This document shows, one piece after another, positions 18,450 to 29,463 of a stretch of DNA of 64,000 bases (positions are counted from its first letter, which is position 1; each line of letters opens with the position of its first letter). The DNA is taken from NCBI GenBank assembly GCA_049433365.1, contig JBMTET010000005.1, positions 1,108 to 65,107 on the forward strand. Direction: 5' to 3'. The notes below the pieces were generated by a model that worked only from the letters and a program-made list of their open reading frames with translations, had not been told where the DNA came from and made no database searches. The DNA is from Ilumatobacteraceae bacterium. Its GTDB lineage: Bacteria > Actinomycetota > Acidimicrobiia > Acidimicrobiales > Ilumatobacteraceae. A program made the position numbers and the translations under genes.

Positions 18450-19345
18450 GCGTTACCTGCATGTTAGCTAAGTCATTGATGTCGCAAAATCATCTACGAT
18501 TATTGATAATGAACGTGTTTCTCAAAATTGGTCGTCAAGCACTTGTGTTGGGATTTGATCCAAGAAAGACGCTTGCCGTCCTCCGGCACGGGCGCCAAGT
18601 TTGGAGCGACCGACGAGAATTTCACAGGCAACTTAAGATCAGTCGGTTCGCAGGAGATTTTGCCACGGGTTCACAGTGGCTTTTTTTTGAGGATCGTTTC
18701 GACAATGCCGGGACTGCATCGGGACACTACTTCCATCAAGATCTGTTGGTTGCGCACGCCATTTTCAAGAATCAACCGAAACGACATGTGGATGTAGGCA
18801 GTTCAATATATGGATTCGTATCTCATGTTGCCAGCTTTCGTGAGATTGAAGTTATAGATGTTCGCCCTTTACCTGACACCGTCCACGGAATCAAATTCCG
18901 ACAAATGGATATAACCGACATTGAAAGTGTTCCTGAGAGGGTCTGTGACTCCCTTTCATCTCTGCACGCCGTAGAGCATTTCGGGCTAGGCCGTTACGGA
19001 GATCCCATAGATGCTGATGGTTGGTACAAAGGATTAAAAAGCTTTGCAAAAATGCTCATTGCTGGCGGCACTTTGTACTTCTCTGTGCCAACATCGAAGC
19101 ACCAACGAGTCGAATTCAACGCACATCGCGTATTTTCTGTGCCATTTCTTGAGAAGGTTCTGACTGAGGATTTTGAGGTCGAGGAAATCAGTTTTGTAAA
19201 CGACGAAGGTTCGGTGATAACCAATTGCTCTCTGACCGACAAAGATTTTCGCGATTCCTTTGGTTGTGAGTACGGCTGCAGTATTTGGACTTTGAAGAAG
19301 AAAGAGAAGTACCAGGCATCTTGATTGTCTGAGTCCCGTCTCTGA
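18450..19345. other. AT-rich compositional island carrying a single gene
   Basis: Hand counts: the 60-nt lines starting at 18481 and 19021 have 22/60 and 23/60 G+C, against 36/60 for the flank line starting at 18361. The boundaries coincide with the neighbouring gene ends. Confidence 0.75.
18461..19324 (+). CDS. DUF268-like class I SAM-dependent methyltransferase (horizontally acquired)
   Basis: VDVGSSIYGF (SAM motif I-like) and SLHAVEHFGLGRYGDPIDADGW, which matches the EH-GLGRYGD-ID signature I recall for DUF268. The start may be ATG 18509 instead. Confidence 0.7.
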   Translation: MLAKSLMSQNHLRLLIMNVFLKIGRQALVLGFDPRKTLAVLRHGRQVWSDRREFHRQLKISRFAGDFATGSQWLFFEDRFDNAGTASGHYFHQDLLVAHAIFKNQPKRHVDVGSSIYGFVSHVASFREIEVIDVRPLPDTVHGIKFRQMDITDIESVPERVCDSLSSLHAVEHFGLGRYGDPIDADGWYKGLKSFAKMLIAGGTLYFSVPTSKHQRVEFNAHRVFSVPFLEKVLTEDFEVEEISFVNDEGSVITNCSLTDKDFRDSFGCEYGCSIWTLKKKEKYQAS

Positions 19346-19348
19346 GTA

Positions 19349-19606
19349 TCAGGCGGCGACGGCGAAGTCACGCTTGTGGGCTCGTTGCCAACGCACCATG
19401 TTGCGGGTGTGGGTGACGATCCACAGCGTGCTCATGGCGATGAAGCCCGGCTTGTTGAACACGATCGCGTAGGCGAGCCACGGAAACGAATGGGCGAGCA
19501 CGATCGCCCAGCCCCACCATTTGCGGGCGCCGACCAACCAGAAGCCGGCAATGCCGACCACTTCACAGATGAGCAGTCCCCAGGTCCACAGTGCTTCGTT
19601 CGACAT
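19349..19606 (-). CDS. Small Trp-rich membrane protein, unknown function
   Basis: 85 aa with about 3 predicted TM segments (WTWGLLICEVVGIAGFWLV, WWGWAIVLAHSFPWLAYAIVF). No family assigned. Confidence 0.45.
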   Translation of the reverse strand: MSNEALWTWGLLICEVVGIAGFWLVGARKWWGWAIVLAHSFPWLAYAIVFNKPGFIAMSTLWIVTHTRNMVRWQRAHKRDFAVAA

Positions 19607-19669
19607 AAGGATTCAGTCTGAAGATCGGCGCACTGCAAAAACCGATGAATTAAGCGCTAGATTCGGCTC

Positions 19670-20101
19670 ATGGCCGATGAAACGGAGGCAACTGACCGCA
19701 CTGACCGCGAAATCCTCGCCATCTTGCTCGATGATGCGCGGATCTCGTGGCAAACTCTCGGTGACCGGGTGCATTTGTCGCCGAATGCGGTCGCCGAAAG
19801 GGTGCGGCGCCTCATGCGCCGGGGGATCATCCGCCGATTCACCATCGACATCGATCAGCGGGCATTGGGCCGTGACCTTATGGCGGTCATTGATGCGCGG
19901 ATCACCGCCGATGACGGCTTCGACGAGGCGGTACGAGCGCGCGACGACGTTGTTTGGGCCTCACACGTGACGGGGGTGCCCGACGTAAAGATTGCCGTTG
20001 CCTGCGACGGCACGGCGGGTCTTGACGCCTTTTTGCAGTGGCTGCACAGCCGGGGGGCAACCGACACCCGCACTGATGTCGTCCTGCGGCCGATCAAGTA
20101 G
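19670..20101 (+). CDS. Lrp/AsnC-family transcriptional regulator
   Basis: HTH DREILAILLDDARISWQTLGDRVHLSPNAVAERVRRLMRRGII, followed by an RAM-like C-terminal domain. Confidence 0.85.
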   Translation: MADETEATDRTDREILAILLDDARISWQTLGDRVHLSPNAVAERVRRLMRRGIIRRFTIDIDQRALGRDLMAVIDARITADDGFDEAVRARDDVVWASHVTGVPDVKIAVACDGTAGLDAFLQWLHSRGATDTRTDVVLRPIK

Positions 20102-20137
20102 CCGGCTCGGCCGGGTCACACCGACCCCGGTAGTTGG

Positions 20138-20164
20138 TTAGCAGTCTCATCGGTAGAGTGCTAA
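20138..20164 (+). promoter_or_regulatory. CIRCE operator (HrcA binding site) upstream of groEL
   Basis: TTAGCAGTC-N9-GAGTGCTAA versus consensus TTAGCACTC-N9-GAGTGCTAA (one mismatch). Lies 49 nt upstream of the groEL ATG; AAGGAG RBS at 20201-20206. Confidence 0.8.
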
Positions 20165-20209
20165 CCCGCGATACCCCCTGATATTCACGTTTGACATCCC
20201 AAGGAGTGA

Positions 20210-21835
<1,626 letters not shown>

Positions 21836-21856
21836 GTCGACCAGCAGACTGGAGGA

Positions 21857-22558
21857 GTGACCGAACTCCTTTATCTCCGCGACGCGTACCTCACGTCGTT
21901 CACCGCCACGGTGGTGGCTGCACGTGAGGACGCAGTCGCGCTCGACCGCACCGCGTTTTATCCGACCGGAGGTGGGCAGCCGCACGACCTCGGCACGCTC
22001 GACGGGTTGCCGGTGCGTGACGTACGCACGGAAGCCGACCTCGTGTGGCACGTCGTTGACGGACCGGTGCCCGCGGTCGGCGCAACCGTCGAAGGAGCCA
22101 TCGACTGGGAGCGGCGCCACAAACTCATGCGCACCCACACGGCGTTGCACGTGTTGTGCGGAGTCATCTGGAACGAGTGGCGCGTGCCGGTCACCGGCGG
22201 AAACATGGAGCCGCTGTCGGCGCGGATGGATTTCGAGTTCGATCCGCTGCCCGAGGGGTTCGCCGGGCGAGTGGAATTGCTCGTCAACGAAGCACTTGCT
22301 CGTGATCATCGCATCGAGGTGGCGTTCCTCCCGCGTTCGACCGCCGTCATGGACGAGGATCTCATTCGTACCAAGGTGAGCCTCATTCCCGAGACGGTGA
22401 GTGAAATTCGCGTGGTCGACATCGTCGGATTGGACAAGCAAGCCGACGGCGGCACGCACGTGAATTCAACGAACGAAGTGGGACGAATCCGGGTGCTCAA
22501 AACCGAGAACAAAGGCAAGGGCAACAAGCGGATCCGGCTCGAGGTGGTCGATGCCTGA
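21857..22558 (+). CDS. alaX: AlaX-type alanyl-tRNA editing protein
   Basis: Threonyl/alanyl-tRNA synthetase second additional domain with HTALHVLCG and a later DGGTHV metal motif. Confidence 0.8.
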   Translation: MTELLYLRDAYLTSFTATVVAAREDAVALDRTAFYPTGGGQPHDLGTLDGLPVRDVRTEADLVWHVVDGPVPAVGATVEGAIDWERRHKLMRTHTALHVLCGVIWNEWRVPVTGGNMEPLSARMDFEFDPLPEGFAGRVELLVNEALARDHRIEVAFLPRSTAVMDEDLIRTKVSLIPETVSEIRVVDIVGLDKQADGGTHVNSTNEVGRIRVLKTENKGKGNKRIRLEVVDA

Positions 22559-24851
22559 CACCCCGGTGGTGGGATCCGAACGCGAGGTGGTGATCAACGA
22601 CCGACAGCTCGGTGGGCGAGAGTTGTGCACGGCTCTTGCCGCCACGACGGATCGATGGCTGGCCGGCATCTTCGCGCAAGCCGTTGCCGATCACCGGCCA
22701 CGGGGGTCGGCGGCACTGCTTGCGGTGGGCGGGTACGGGCGCGGTGAACTTGCACCGTGGAGCGATCTCGACGTGTTGCTGTTGTTTGAGGGGCGCACTT
22801 CGCCCGACGAGTTCGCTGCGGCGTTGTGGTATCCGCTGTGGGACGCCGGACTGAAGGTCGGGCATGCGGTGCGTACGCCGAAGCAGACCCTGCAATTACT
22901 CGACGACGAACTTGATGTGGCGACGGCTCTACTCGACGGTCGCGTCGTTGCCGGAGACACGGAGTTCGGCACGTCGCTCGTCGAGCGTGCACGCACGAAG
23001 ATGAAGCGCGACGAACGTCGCTGGTTGCGTCGAATACACGAGCGGGTGACCAACCGCCACAAACGAGTCGGTGAAGTTGCGTTCGTTCTCGAACCGGACG
23101 TGAAGGAAGGTCGTGGCGGGTTGCGCGACGTTCATGCACTCGGTTGGGCGGCGCGCCTCGGGATGAGGTTGCCGAGCGACGACGAAGTCGCACTGCGTGA
23201 TGCCTACGACACTTTGCTGTCCGTGCGCGTTGCGGTACATCGTGCGGTGCAACGGCCCGTTGACGTATTGCGACTGCAGGACCAGGACGTCGTTGCCGAC
23301 TTGGCCGGGTACGGTGACGCTGACGACCTAATGGCGGCGCTTGCTGCTGCAGCGCGGCGCATCACGTGGATCGCCGACGAATCGTGGGCACAACTCGACC
23401 CGCCCCGCAACAGCAGTCCGGTGCCACAACGGATCGCACCGGGTGTCGACGTGCGTCACGGCGAGGTGCACCTAGCCGACGATGCAGATCCCGCAGGGGA
23501 TCCGACCTTGGTGTTGCGCCTGGCCACGGCAGCCGCACGGCGCCGGCTGCGCATCGATCGCGGGTCGTTGGAACGACTTGCGGACCTCATGCCGACTTGG
23601 CCCGATCCCTGGCCCGCCGGGGCGAGTGACGACCTCGTTGCCTTGTTGTGCGAAGAGCATGCGGCGATTCCGGTCATCGAGTCGCTCGATCATTACGACC
23701 TCTGGTCGCGAATCATTCCCGAATGGACCCCCGTACGCAGTCGTCCGCAACGCAACGCGTTCCACCGCTTCACGGTTGACCGACACCTGTGGGAGGTGGT
23801 CGCCAATGCGGCACAACTTCGTCACCGAGTTGGACGCGCCGACTTGCTCGTGCTTGGGGCGTTGTTCCACGATCTTGGCAAGGGTTATCCGGGTGATCAC
23901 ACCGAAGCCGGAATGGAACTGTTCGATCGCATCGGACCACGGATGGGATTGAATCCCGACGACGTCGAGGTTGTGCGCACGCTCATCGAACACCATTTGT
24001 TGTTGCCGGACGTTGCGACGCGACGCGACCTGTCCGATGCTGCGACGATTCAGCTGGTTGCAGATGCCGTCAGAACCGGCGACGTTCTCGAGTTGTTGCA
24101 CACCCTCACCATTGCCGACGCCACAGGAACCGGACCAACTGCGTGGGGTCCGTGGAAGGAGGACCTGGTGGCAACCCTCGTGGAGCGCACTCGTGAATTG
24201 CTGAGCGGTCACGAGCCGGACGGCGCACGATGGCAACTGTTTCCCGACGAAGCGACGTTGCTCATGATGGCGCGAGGTGACCTGCAGTTTCACGCCACCG
24301 GTGACACCGTCACGGTGACAGGTGACGACCAGCCCGGAGTCTTCAGTACGGTCGCGGGGGTTCTTGCGATGCGCGGCCTGGACGTTCTCGCAGCCGAGGC
24401 TCACAGTGATGCCCAGGGTCGGTTCGCGAATCGATTCCACGTGCGCGACGACATGCAGGTCGATTGGGAACAGATCGAACGTGACGTTCGCGGTGCGCTT
24501 GACGGACGCGTATCGGTTGTGGAGCGATTGCGGGAGCGTGCATCGACGTACCGTCCGACTCCGCGGCGCAGCGCCGCCGCGCCGATCGACGTGCTCGTTC
24601 GCCTCGACGACTCGGCATCGTCGGATTCGACGATGATCGAGGTGCATGCCCGTGACAAGGTGGGATTGCTGTTCGAGCTCACCCGCGCAATCGCCGAACT
24701 GGGTCTCGATCTTCGCCATGCGCGGATACATACGATGCACGACGAAGTGGTCGACACGTTCTACGTGCGCACGTCCGAAGGTGGCAAAGTCGTCGATCCC
24801 GACTTGCGTCACCGACTCGAAGCGACGTTGTCGGCCGTAGTCGCGTCGTAG
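22551..24851 (+). CDS. glnD: [Protein-PII] uridylyl/adenylyl-transferase
   Basis: Nucleotidyltransferase GGYGRGELAPWSDLDV, an HD domain (HDLGKG), and two C-terminal ACT-like repeats. Confidence 0.9.
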   Translation: MPDTPVVGSEREVVINDRQLGGRELCTALAATTDRWLAGIFAQAVADHRPRGSAALLAVGGYGRGELAPWSDLDVLLLFEGRTSPDEFAAALWYPLWDAGLKVGHAVRTPKQTLQLLDDELDVATALLDGRVVAGDTEFGTSLVERARTKMKRDERRWLRRIHERVTNRHKRVGEVAFVLEPDVKEGRGGLRDVHALGWAARLGMRLPSDDEVALRDAYDTLLSVRVAVHRAVQRPVDVLRLQDQDVVADLAGYGDADDLMAALAAAARRITWIADESWAQLDPPRNSSPVPQRIAPGVDVRHGEVHLADDADPAGDPTLVLRLATAAARRRLRIDRGSLERLADLMPTWPDPWPAGASDDLVALLCEEHAAIPVIESLDHYDLWSRIIPEWTPVRSRPQRNAFHRFTVDRHLWEVVANAAQLRHRVGRADLLVLGALFHDLGKGYPGDHTEAGMELFDRIGPRMGLNPDDVEVVRTLIEHHLLLPDVATRRDLSDAATIQLVADAVRTGDVLELLHTLTIADATGTGPTAWGPWKEDLVATLVERTRELLSGHEPDGARWQLFPDEATLLMMARGDLQFHATGDTVTVTGDDQPGVFSTVAGVLAMRGLDVLAAEAHSDAQGRFANRFHVRDDMQVDWEQIERDVRGALDGRVSVVERLRERASTYRPTPRRSAAAPIDVLVRLDDSASSDSTMIEVHARDKVGLLFELTRAIAELGLDLRHARIHTMHDEVVDTFYVRTSEGGKVVDPDLRHRLEATLSAVVAS

Positions 24852-24869
24852 TCGAGTCGTAGGGCGGGA

Positions 24870-25778
24870 TCAACCGCCGTTTTGCTCGCGCAGGAAGCGT
24901 TCCACCTCGTCGACGAGGTGTGATGCGTCCTCGTCGCTGGCTTCCTCGACGAAGTCGAACTGCAACTGGTCGTCGCTCACCTCGTCGCTGATCATCATCC
25001 CGGTATCCGTCGCAGTTTCGAGTCGTTCGACGTACTGCAACAAATCCTCGTCGTCGTTGACGAGTTGGTTGACCTGTTCCTCGTAGCGCTCGATGAGACT
25101 CATCACCGCGGCAACCGGTGCCGGCTTACCGATGATCTGGCATGCACGACGCATGAGCGCAAGGGATGCTTTTGGTGACGGCACCTGTGACGCATAAGCG
25201 GGTACCGCAGCCCACAAGGACGCCGAAGGGATTGCGGCATCCGAGCACGCATCGTGCAACACACCGACGATCCCGGTGGGGCCCTCGTACCGGCTGCGCT
25301 GCAGGTTGAAGCGAGCGAGAACCTCGGAATCCGTCGCGGTGCCGATGAGCTGCACCGGACGACTGTGGGCAACGTCGGCGAGGAGGGCGCCGAGAGTCAG
25401 CACGAGAGGGGCACGGAAATGTTCGGCAACACCGACGATTTGGGCGGCGAAATGCCGCCAACGCAGGCTCGGTTCGGGGCCCAAGATGAGGATGATGTCG
25501 CCCCCGGCGCCGTTGACGTGCCACAAGCCGATCGTTGGCCACACGATCTGACGGTGCTCGCCGTCTCGCAGGCGTACGTGCGGCCGCACGGTTGCGTAGT
25601 CGGTGTACGGCTCGGGATCGACCTCGGCGAGCGGTTCGGCGTTCCACGCCTCGACGAGTTGGCGCACTGCGGTCGACGCAGCGTCGGCGGCATCATTCCA
25701 TCCGGTAAATGCGGCGACGATCGTCGGATTCGTCAGACTCGGCTTCGACAACCAGCGAATGGTTTCCAGGTTGGCCAT
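24870..25778 (-). CDS. PAC2-family (proteasome assembly chaperone 2-like) protein
   Basis: PTIVAAFTGWNDAADAAS... is typical of actinobacterial PAC2 proteins. Start chosen at ATG 25778 (MANLETIRW). Confidence 0.8.
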   Translation of the reverse strand: MANLETIRWLSKPSLTNPTIVAAFTGWNDAADAASTAVRQLVEAWNAEPLAEVDPEPYTDYATVRPHVRLRDGEHRQIVWPTIGLWHVNGAGGDIILILGPEPSLRWRHFAAQIVGVAEHFRAPLVLTLGALLADVAHSRPVQLIGTATDSEVLARFNLQRSRYEGPTGIVGVLHDACSDAAIPSASLWAAVPAYASQVPSPKASLALMRRACQIIGKPAPVAAVMSLIERYEEQVNQLVNDDEDLLQYVERLETATDTGMMISDEVSDDQLQFDFVEEASDEDASHLVDEVERFLREQNGG

Positions 25779-25829
25779 TGATCGACACGCTACCCACCGC
25801 ATCAAATGCGGAGGGGTACGCTCTGTGTA

Positions 25830-26267
25830 ATGTCGGCAACTACCGTGGAAATTGCCCGCGAGGCCACCGACGAGGTTCTCGAGGCGTTGCACCGACTCAT
25901 CCCACAACTGTCGTCATCGAGTGCCCCGGTGTCGGAAGCGGAGTTGCACGACATCGTGACGTCCGATAGCAGCGTGCTTTTCATTGCGCGACTCGACAAC
26001 CGAATCGTCGGATCACTGACTTTGGCGACGTTTCGAATCCCCACGGGAATTCGTGCCTGGATCGAAGACGTCGTGGTTGACGAAAGCGCCCGTGGTCACG
26101 GTGTGGGCGAGGCACTGAACAGGGCGGCACTCGACGAGGCAAAGCGGCGCGGTGCAAAGACCGTCGATCTCACGTCGCGGCCCTCGCGCGAGGCAGCCAA
26201 CCGCTTGTACCGGCGGATCGGTTTTGCCGCCCGTGAAACGAACGTGTACCGGTACGAGCTGTCGTAG
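25830..26267 (+). CDS. GNAT-family N-acetyltransferase
   Basis: Acetyl-CoA motif VVVDESARGHGVGEALNRAALDEAKRRGAKTV and RLYRRIGF. Confidence 0.8.
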   Translation: MSATTVEIAREATDEVLEALHRLIPQLSSSSAPVSEAELHDIVTSDSSVLFIARLDNRIVGSLTLATFRIPTGIRAWIEDVVVDESARGHGVGEALNRAALDEAKRRGAKTVDLTSRPSREAANRLYRRIGFAARETNVYRYELS

Positions 26268-26275
26268 GTGGTGGT

Positions 26276-26704
26276 ATGAGCGACATCGTCGACAGTCCGA
26301 GTGAGTGGGTGGCCGATCACATTCGCCGTTACGTCGCCACGAACGGCGAGGACGGGCACTTCTGGAACGGCGTTCCGTGCTTGTTGCTCACCACCGTCGG
26401 TCGCAAGTCGGGAGTGCGGCGACGCACCGCACTCATCTACGGGCGCGACGGTGACGACTACGTGATCGTCGCGTCAAAAGGCGGTCATCCGCACAATCCG
26501 CTGTGGTACGAAAATCTCGTCACGAATCCGGTGGCGGAGTTGCAGGTTGGTGCCGAGGTGTTCGAGGCAGTGGCATCAACGTATGCCGAAGGTTCGGCTC
26601 GCGAGTCGGCATGGAAGACGATGACCGGTCTGTGGCCCGCATTCGATGAGTATCAAGAGAAAGCCGGTCGACGAATTCCTTTGGTGAGGCTGCAACGCCG
26701 TTGA
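26276..26704 (+). CDS. Deazaflavin (F420)-dependent nitroreductase family protein (DUF385)
   Basis: LLTTVGRKSGVRRRTALIYGRDGDDYVIVASKGGHPHNPLWYENL matches the DUF385/Ddn-like pattern. Confidence 0.8.
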   Translation: MSDIVDSPSEWVADHIRRYVATNGEDGHFWNGVPCLLLTTVGRKSGVRRRTALIYGRDGDDYVIVASKGGHPHNPLWYENLVTNPVAELQVGAEVFEAVASTYAEGSARESAWKTMTGLWPAFDEYQEKAGRRIPLVRLQRR

Positions 26705-26760
26705 CGGCAACGCCCGCCGAACTTACGTCGGCGTGTCGAGCTGTATGTCGGAGACCTTGA

Positions 26761-27699
26761 TCAAACGAAACTGAGAACGAATCGCCCGCGGGCGCCGCCG
26801 GCTTCGAGCAGTTCGTGCGCACGCCACGCCTCGGCAGCGCCAAAGACTCCGGCGACGCGAGGATGCAGGTGACCGCTGTCGACGAAGTCGACCAACTCGG
26901 CGAGCTTGAGTCGTTCGCGCGCGTACTCGCGCACCCATACGGGGTGAGCGGAGATGCCCCGCGGACACGGCTCGTTCCAGCCGCGCACGGTGGCAATCGC
27001 GCCACCGTCACGCAGTGCGGGGAGAAGCGCGTCGTGCTGCAGTGATCCGTCGGCGATCGCATCGACACCATCCGGGAAATGTTCGCGAATGGCATGTGCG
27101 ACGTCTGGACCGCGTGCAACGACGACGTCCGCACCGAGACCGGCAACGAGGTCTCGGTCGGATTCCTTCGCATCTGCAATCACCCGCAACCCGGCCACCT
27201 TGGCCAGCTCGATGACGCAGCCACCGAAAGCACCAGCCGCACCGGTGACTGCGAGAGTCGCCCCGAGGGGAAGGTTCAACAGATCGAGGCAGCGACGCGC
27301 GGTGAGCCCGTTCATCGGCACGGTTGACGCTTCGATGAGCGACACCGACGACGGTGCACCGACAACCGAATCACCGGGGAGAGCGACGTACTGCGAATAG
27401 GCGCCGTGCGAACCGTGCGGCACGACGATGCCCACGACATGATCTCCGGGGCGGACGTGGCGGACGTTTGCACCGACACTTTCGACGATCCCGGCGACAT
27501 CCATGCCGGGGACGAACGGTGGAGTCAGCCCCTCGTACGCCTGGCGCCGTGCACCACTTCGCGTCAACGTGTCGGTGGGATTCACCGCCGCGGTATGCAC
27601 GCGCACGAGCACGCCGTCGGCGTCATGCGTCGGAACCGGCAGCGTGAACTCGCGCAACTCGCGAGGTCCACCGAATTCGCCGATACCGATGACGTTCAT
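26761..27699 (-). CDS. Zinc-type/quinone oxidoreductase family NADPH-dependent dehydrogenase (MDR superfamily)
   Basis: MDR fold with VTGAAGAFGGCVIELAK nucleotide motif. Start ATG 27699 (MNVIGIGEFGGP). Confidence 0.85.
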   Translation of the reverse strand: MNVIGIGEFGGPRELREFTLPVPTHDADGVLVRVHTAAVNPTDTLTRSGARRQAYEGLTPPFVPGMDVAGIVESVGANVRHVRPGDHVVGIVVPHGSHGAYSQYVALPGDSVVGAPSSVSLIEASTVPMNGLTARRCLDLLNLPLGATLAVTGAAGAFGGCVIELAKVAGLRVIADAKESDRDLVAGLGADVVVARGPDVAHAIREHFPDGVDAIADGSLQHDALLPALRDGGAIATVRGWNEPCPRGISAHPVWVREYARERLKLAELVDFVDSGHLHPRVAGVFGAAEAWRAHELLEAGGARGRFVLSFV

Positions 27700-27746
27700 C
27701 GAACCCACCTTCACAGGGTACGAGACGTCGCACGTAGCATCGCGAC

Positions 27747-28379
27747 GTGCTCTTCGCCTCGGCTGCATCACCACGGTCGTTCGCCCGGGATGCATGGCTG
27801 TTGCCCGGGTGGGCAACCGAAAGCGCACACGCACTCATCACGGATCTTGAAAAAGTGGTTGCGTTGTCGCCGTGGCGCCGCGTCGTGACGCCGGGAGGCA
27901 AACCGATGTCGGTCGACATGACCAACTGCGGTGACTGCGGGTGGGTGTCGGACCGCCGCGGTTACCGCTACGAATCGACCGACCCGGTCACGGGTGTGCC
28001 ATGGCCGACGATGCCGGAATCGTTTCGTTCACTGGCGGCGGGCGCTGCTGCAGCAGTCGGTTTTGCACACTTCGACCCGGATGCGTGTCTCGTCAACCGG
28101 TACGTACCCGGAGCGAAGATGGCATTGCATCAGGACCGCGACGAGCGGGACATGACCCAACCGATCGTGTCGGTGTCGCTGGGTCTACCGATCACGTTCA
28201 TGTTCGGAGGGCCCGTGCGTTCCGACCCGACGACTCGCATCGCACTTGAGCACGGCGACGTCGTCGTGTGGGGTGCATCGTCACGACTGTTCTTTCACGG
28301 AGTCGGAACGCTGCGCGCCGGACTGCACCCGGTGACGGGTGCTGCGCGAGTCAACCTGACGTTTCGGCGAGCGCGATAG
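27747..28379 (+). CDS. alkB: Alpha-ketoglutarate-dependent DNA dioxygenase AlkB
   Basis: Collinear with E. coli AlkB: VTPGGKPMSVDMTNCG, ACLVNRYVPGAKMALHQDRDE, GDVVVWG..RLFFHGV, NLTFR. Confidence 0.9.
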   Translation: MLFASAASPRSFARDAWLLPGWATESAHALITDLEKVVALSPWRRVVTPGGKPMSVDMTNCGDCGWVSDRRGYRYESTDPVTGVPWPTMPESFRSLAAGAAAAVGFAHFDPDACLVNRYVPGAKMALHQDRDERDMTQPIVSVSLGLPITFMFGGPVRSDPTTRIALEHGDVVVWGASSRLFFHGVGTLRAGLHPVTGAARVNLTFRRAR

Positions 28380-29463
28380 TACGGCGCGACGAACGTCGCG
28401 CGTGCCATTCGAGCACGACGAGCATGCCAAAGGTCGGCATGAAGGGAATGTTTTGGCGGAACGAGTTGAAATCGGTGAGGGTGACCAAGCCGATGTAGAA
28501 ACCGAATGCGACGAGCACGGCAACGTGACGACGCTGCGGAGTGCGGAAAGCGACGATTACTCCGAGTGTGAACAACACGGGTATGACGATCGTTTCCGAC
28601 AGCGCAAGTCGAGAGACGAGCAGAGTCCACACGGAGAAATCGCTCGTCGTCTCCGTAACGGTGAGAAACTGCAGTCCGACGAAGTTCGAGGCGACCTGCA
28701 GCACAGGTGAGATTCCCCAGCGGTGTCCGTACGTCGCCGGTGCACCGTTGCCGAGCAACACTGCTCCCGCTCCGTACGACACGTACCCAACCAACACACC
28801 ACCGATGATCCGAACGGCTGATCCACCCACCCGAACGTGGGCACGCGGCACGCGCAACAGCCACGAGGTTGCGAGACCCACCGTGAGAGCGGCAGCAAGG
28901 TGCGGGCGGAGCGTTGCCAGTGCAATCAGTGACCACAGGCGTACGTCGAAGCGGTGTGACCACAAGACGACCGTGGCGAGGAGCATCATCGTCGTTTCGC
29001 GCAGCGCCAACGTGCTGTACAGAACCGCGATCGGTCCGAGTGCGGTGAGGTACGCAGTGACGAGCGTCGGTCGTACACCGGCAAGCGTCAGCCGGGCATT
29101 CACGAAGCGAACGAGCAGTAAAAGAGACACGATCGACACCGTTTTCAACGCCAAAGCGGGGTCGATGCCCGCGTAGTGAAGCATCGTCGCGGGCAGCGTG
29201 TACACCGGCTTGCCGAAAGACAGCCACCAGGAGGGTTGCAGCGGCAGTCCGATCTCGGTGATGGCAACGACGATGGATGCGTAGTAGCGCTGATCGTTGG
29301 AGTAGAAGATCAGTTGATTTTCGGCCCCGTAACGCTGGTACAGCACGGCGACGAGAATCGACCAGGAGATGACGTGCATTCGCGACAGCAGACCGTCACG
29401 CCAGAACAGCCCGAGGACCACAAACGAAATGAGTGCCAGCTGCAGGTAGTACATCGCGGACAT
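28351..29463 (-). CDS. Polytopic membrane protein, Wzy-like polymerase candidate
   Basis: About 10 hydrophobic segments. Last gene of the glycan operon. Its ATG overlaps the upstream stop by 1 nt, and its 3' end overlaps convergent alkB by 29 nt. Confidence 0.5.
   Translation of the reverse strand: MSAMYYLQLALISFVVLGLFWRDGLLSRMHVISWSILVAVLYQRYGAENQLIFYSNDQRYYASIVVAITEIGLPLQPSWWLSFGKPVYTLPATMLHYAGIDPALALKTVSIVSLLLLVRFVNARLTLAGVRPTLVTAYLTALGPIAVLYSTLALRETTMMLLATVVLWSHRFDVRLWSLIALATLRPHLAAALTVGLATSWLLRVPRAHVRVGGSAVRIIGGVLVGYVSYGAGAVLLGNGAPATYGHRWGISPVLQVASNFVGLQFLTVTETTSDFSVWTLLVSRLALSETIVIPVLFTLGVIVAFRTPQRRHVAVLVAFGFYIGLVTLTDFNSFRQNIPFMPTFGMLVVLEWHARRSSRRTIALAETSG

Noticed and set aside
19349-19606. 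Small Trp-rich membrane protein as a PnuC fragment or phage holin linked to the AT-rich insertion
   Set aside because: Its composition is native high GC, unlike the adjacent insertion. The resemblance to PnuC or holins is too vague to assert.
21842-21875. Short hairpin GGAGT-GACCGA-ACTCC after the groEL stop
   Set aside because: The stem is only 5 bp and it overlaps the alaX start codon. It is more likely an RBS/start region than a terminator.
26715-26733. Possible terminator hairpin CGCCGA-N7-TCGGCG between the convergent DUF385 and oxidoreductase genes
   Set aside because: It has only a 6-bp stem and no U-tract. Such hairpins arise by chance in GC-rich DNA.
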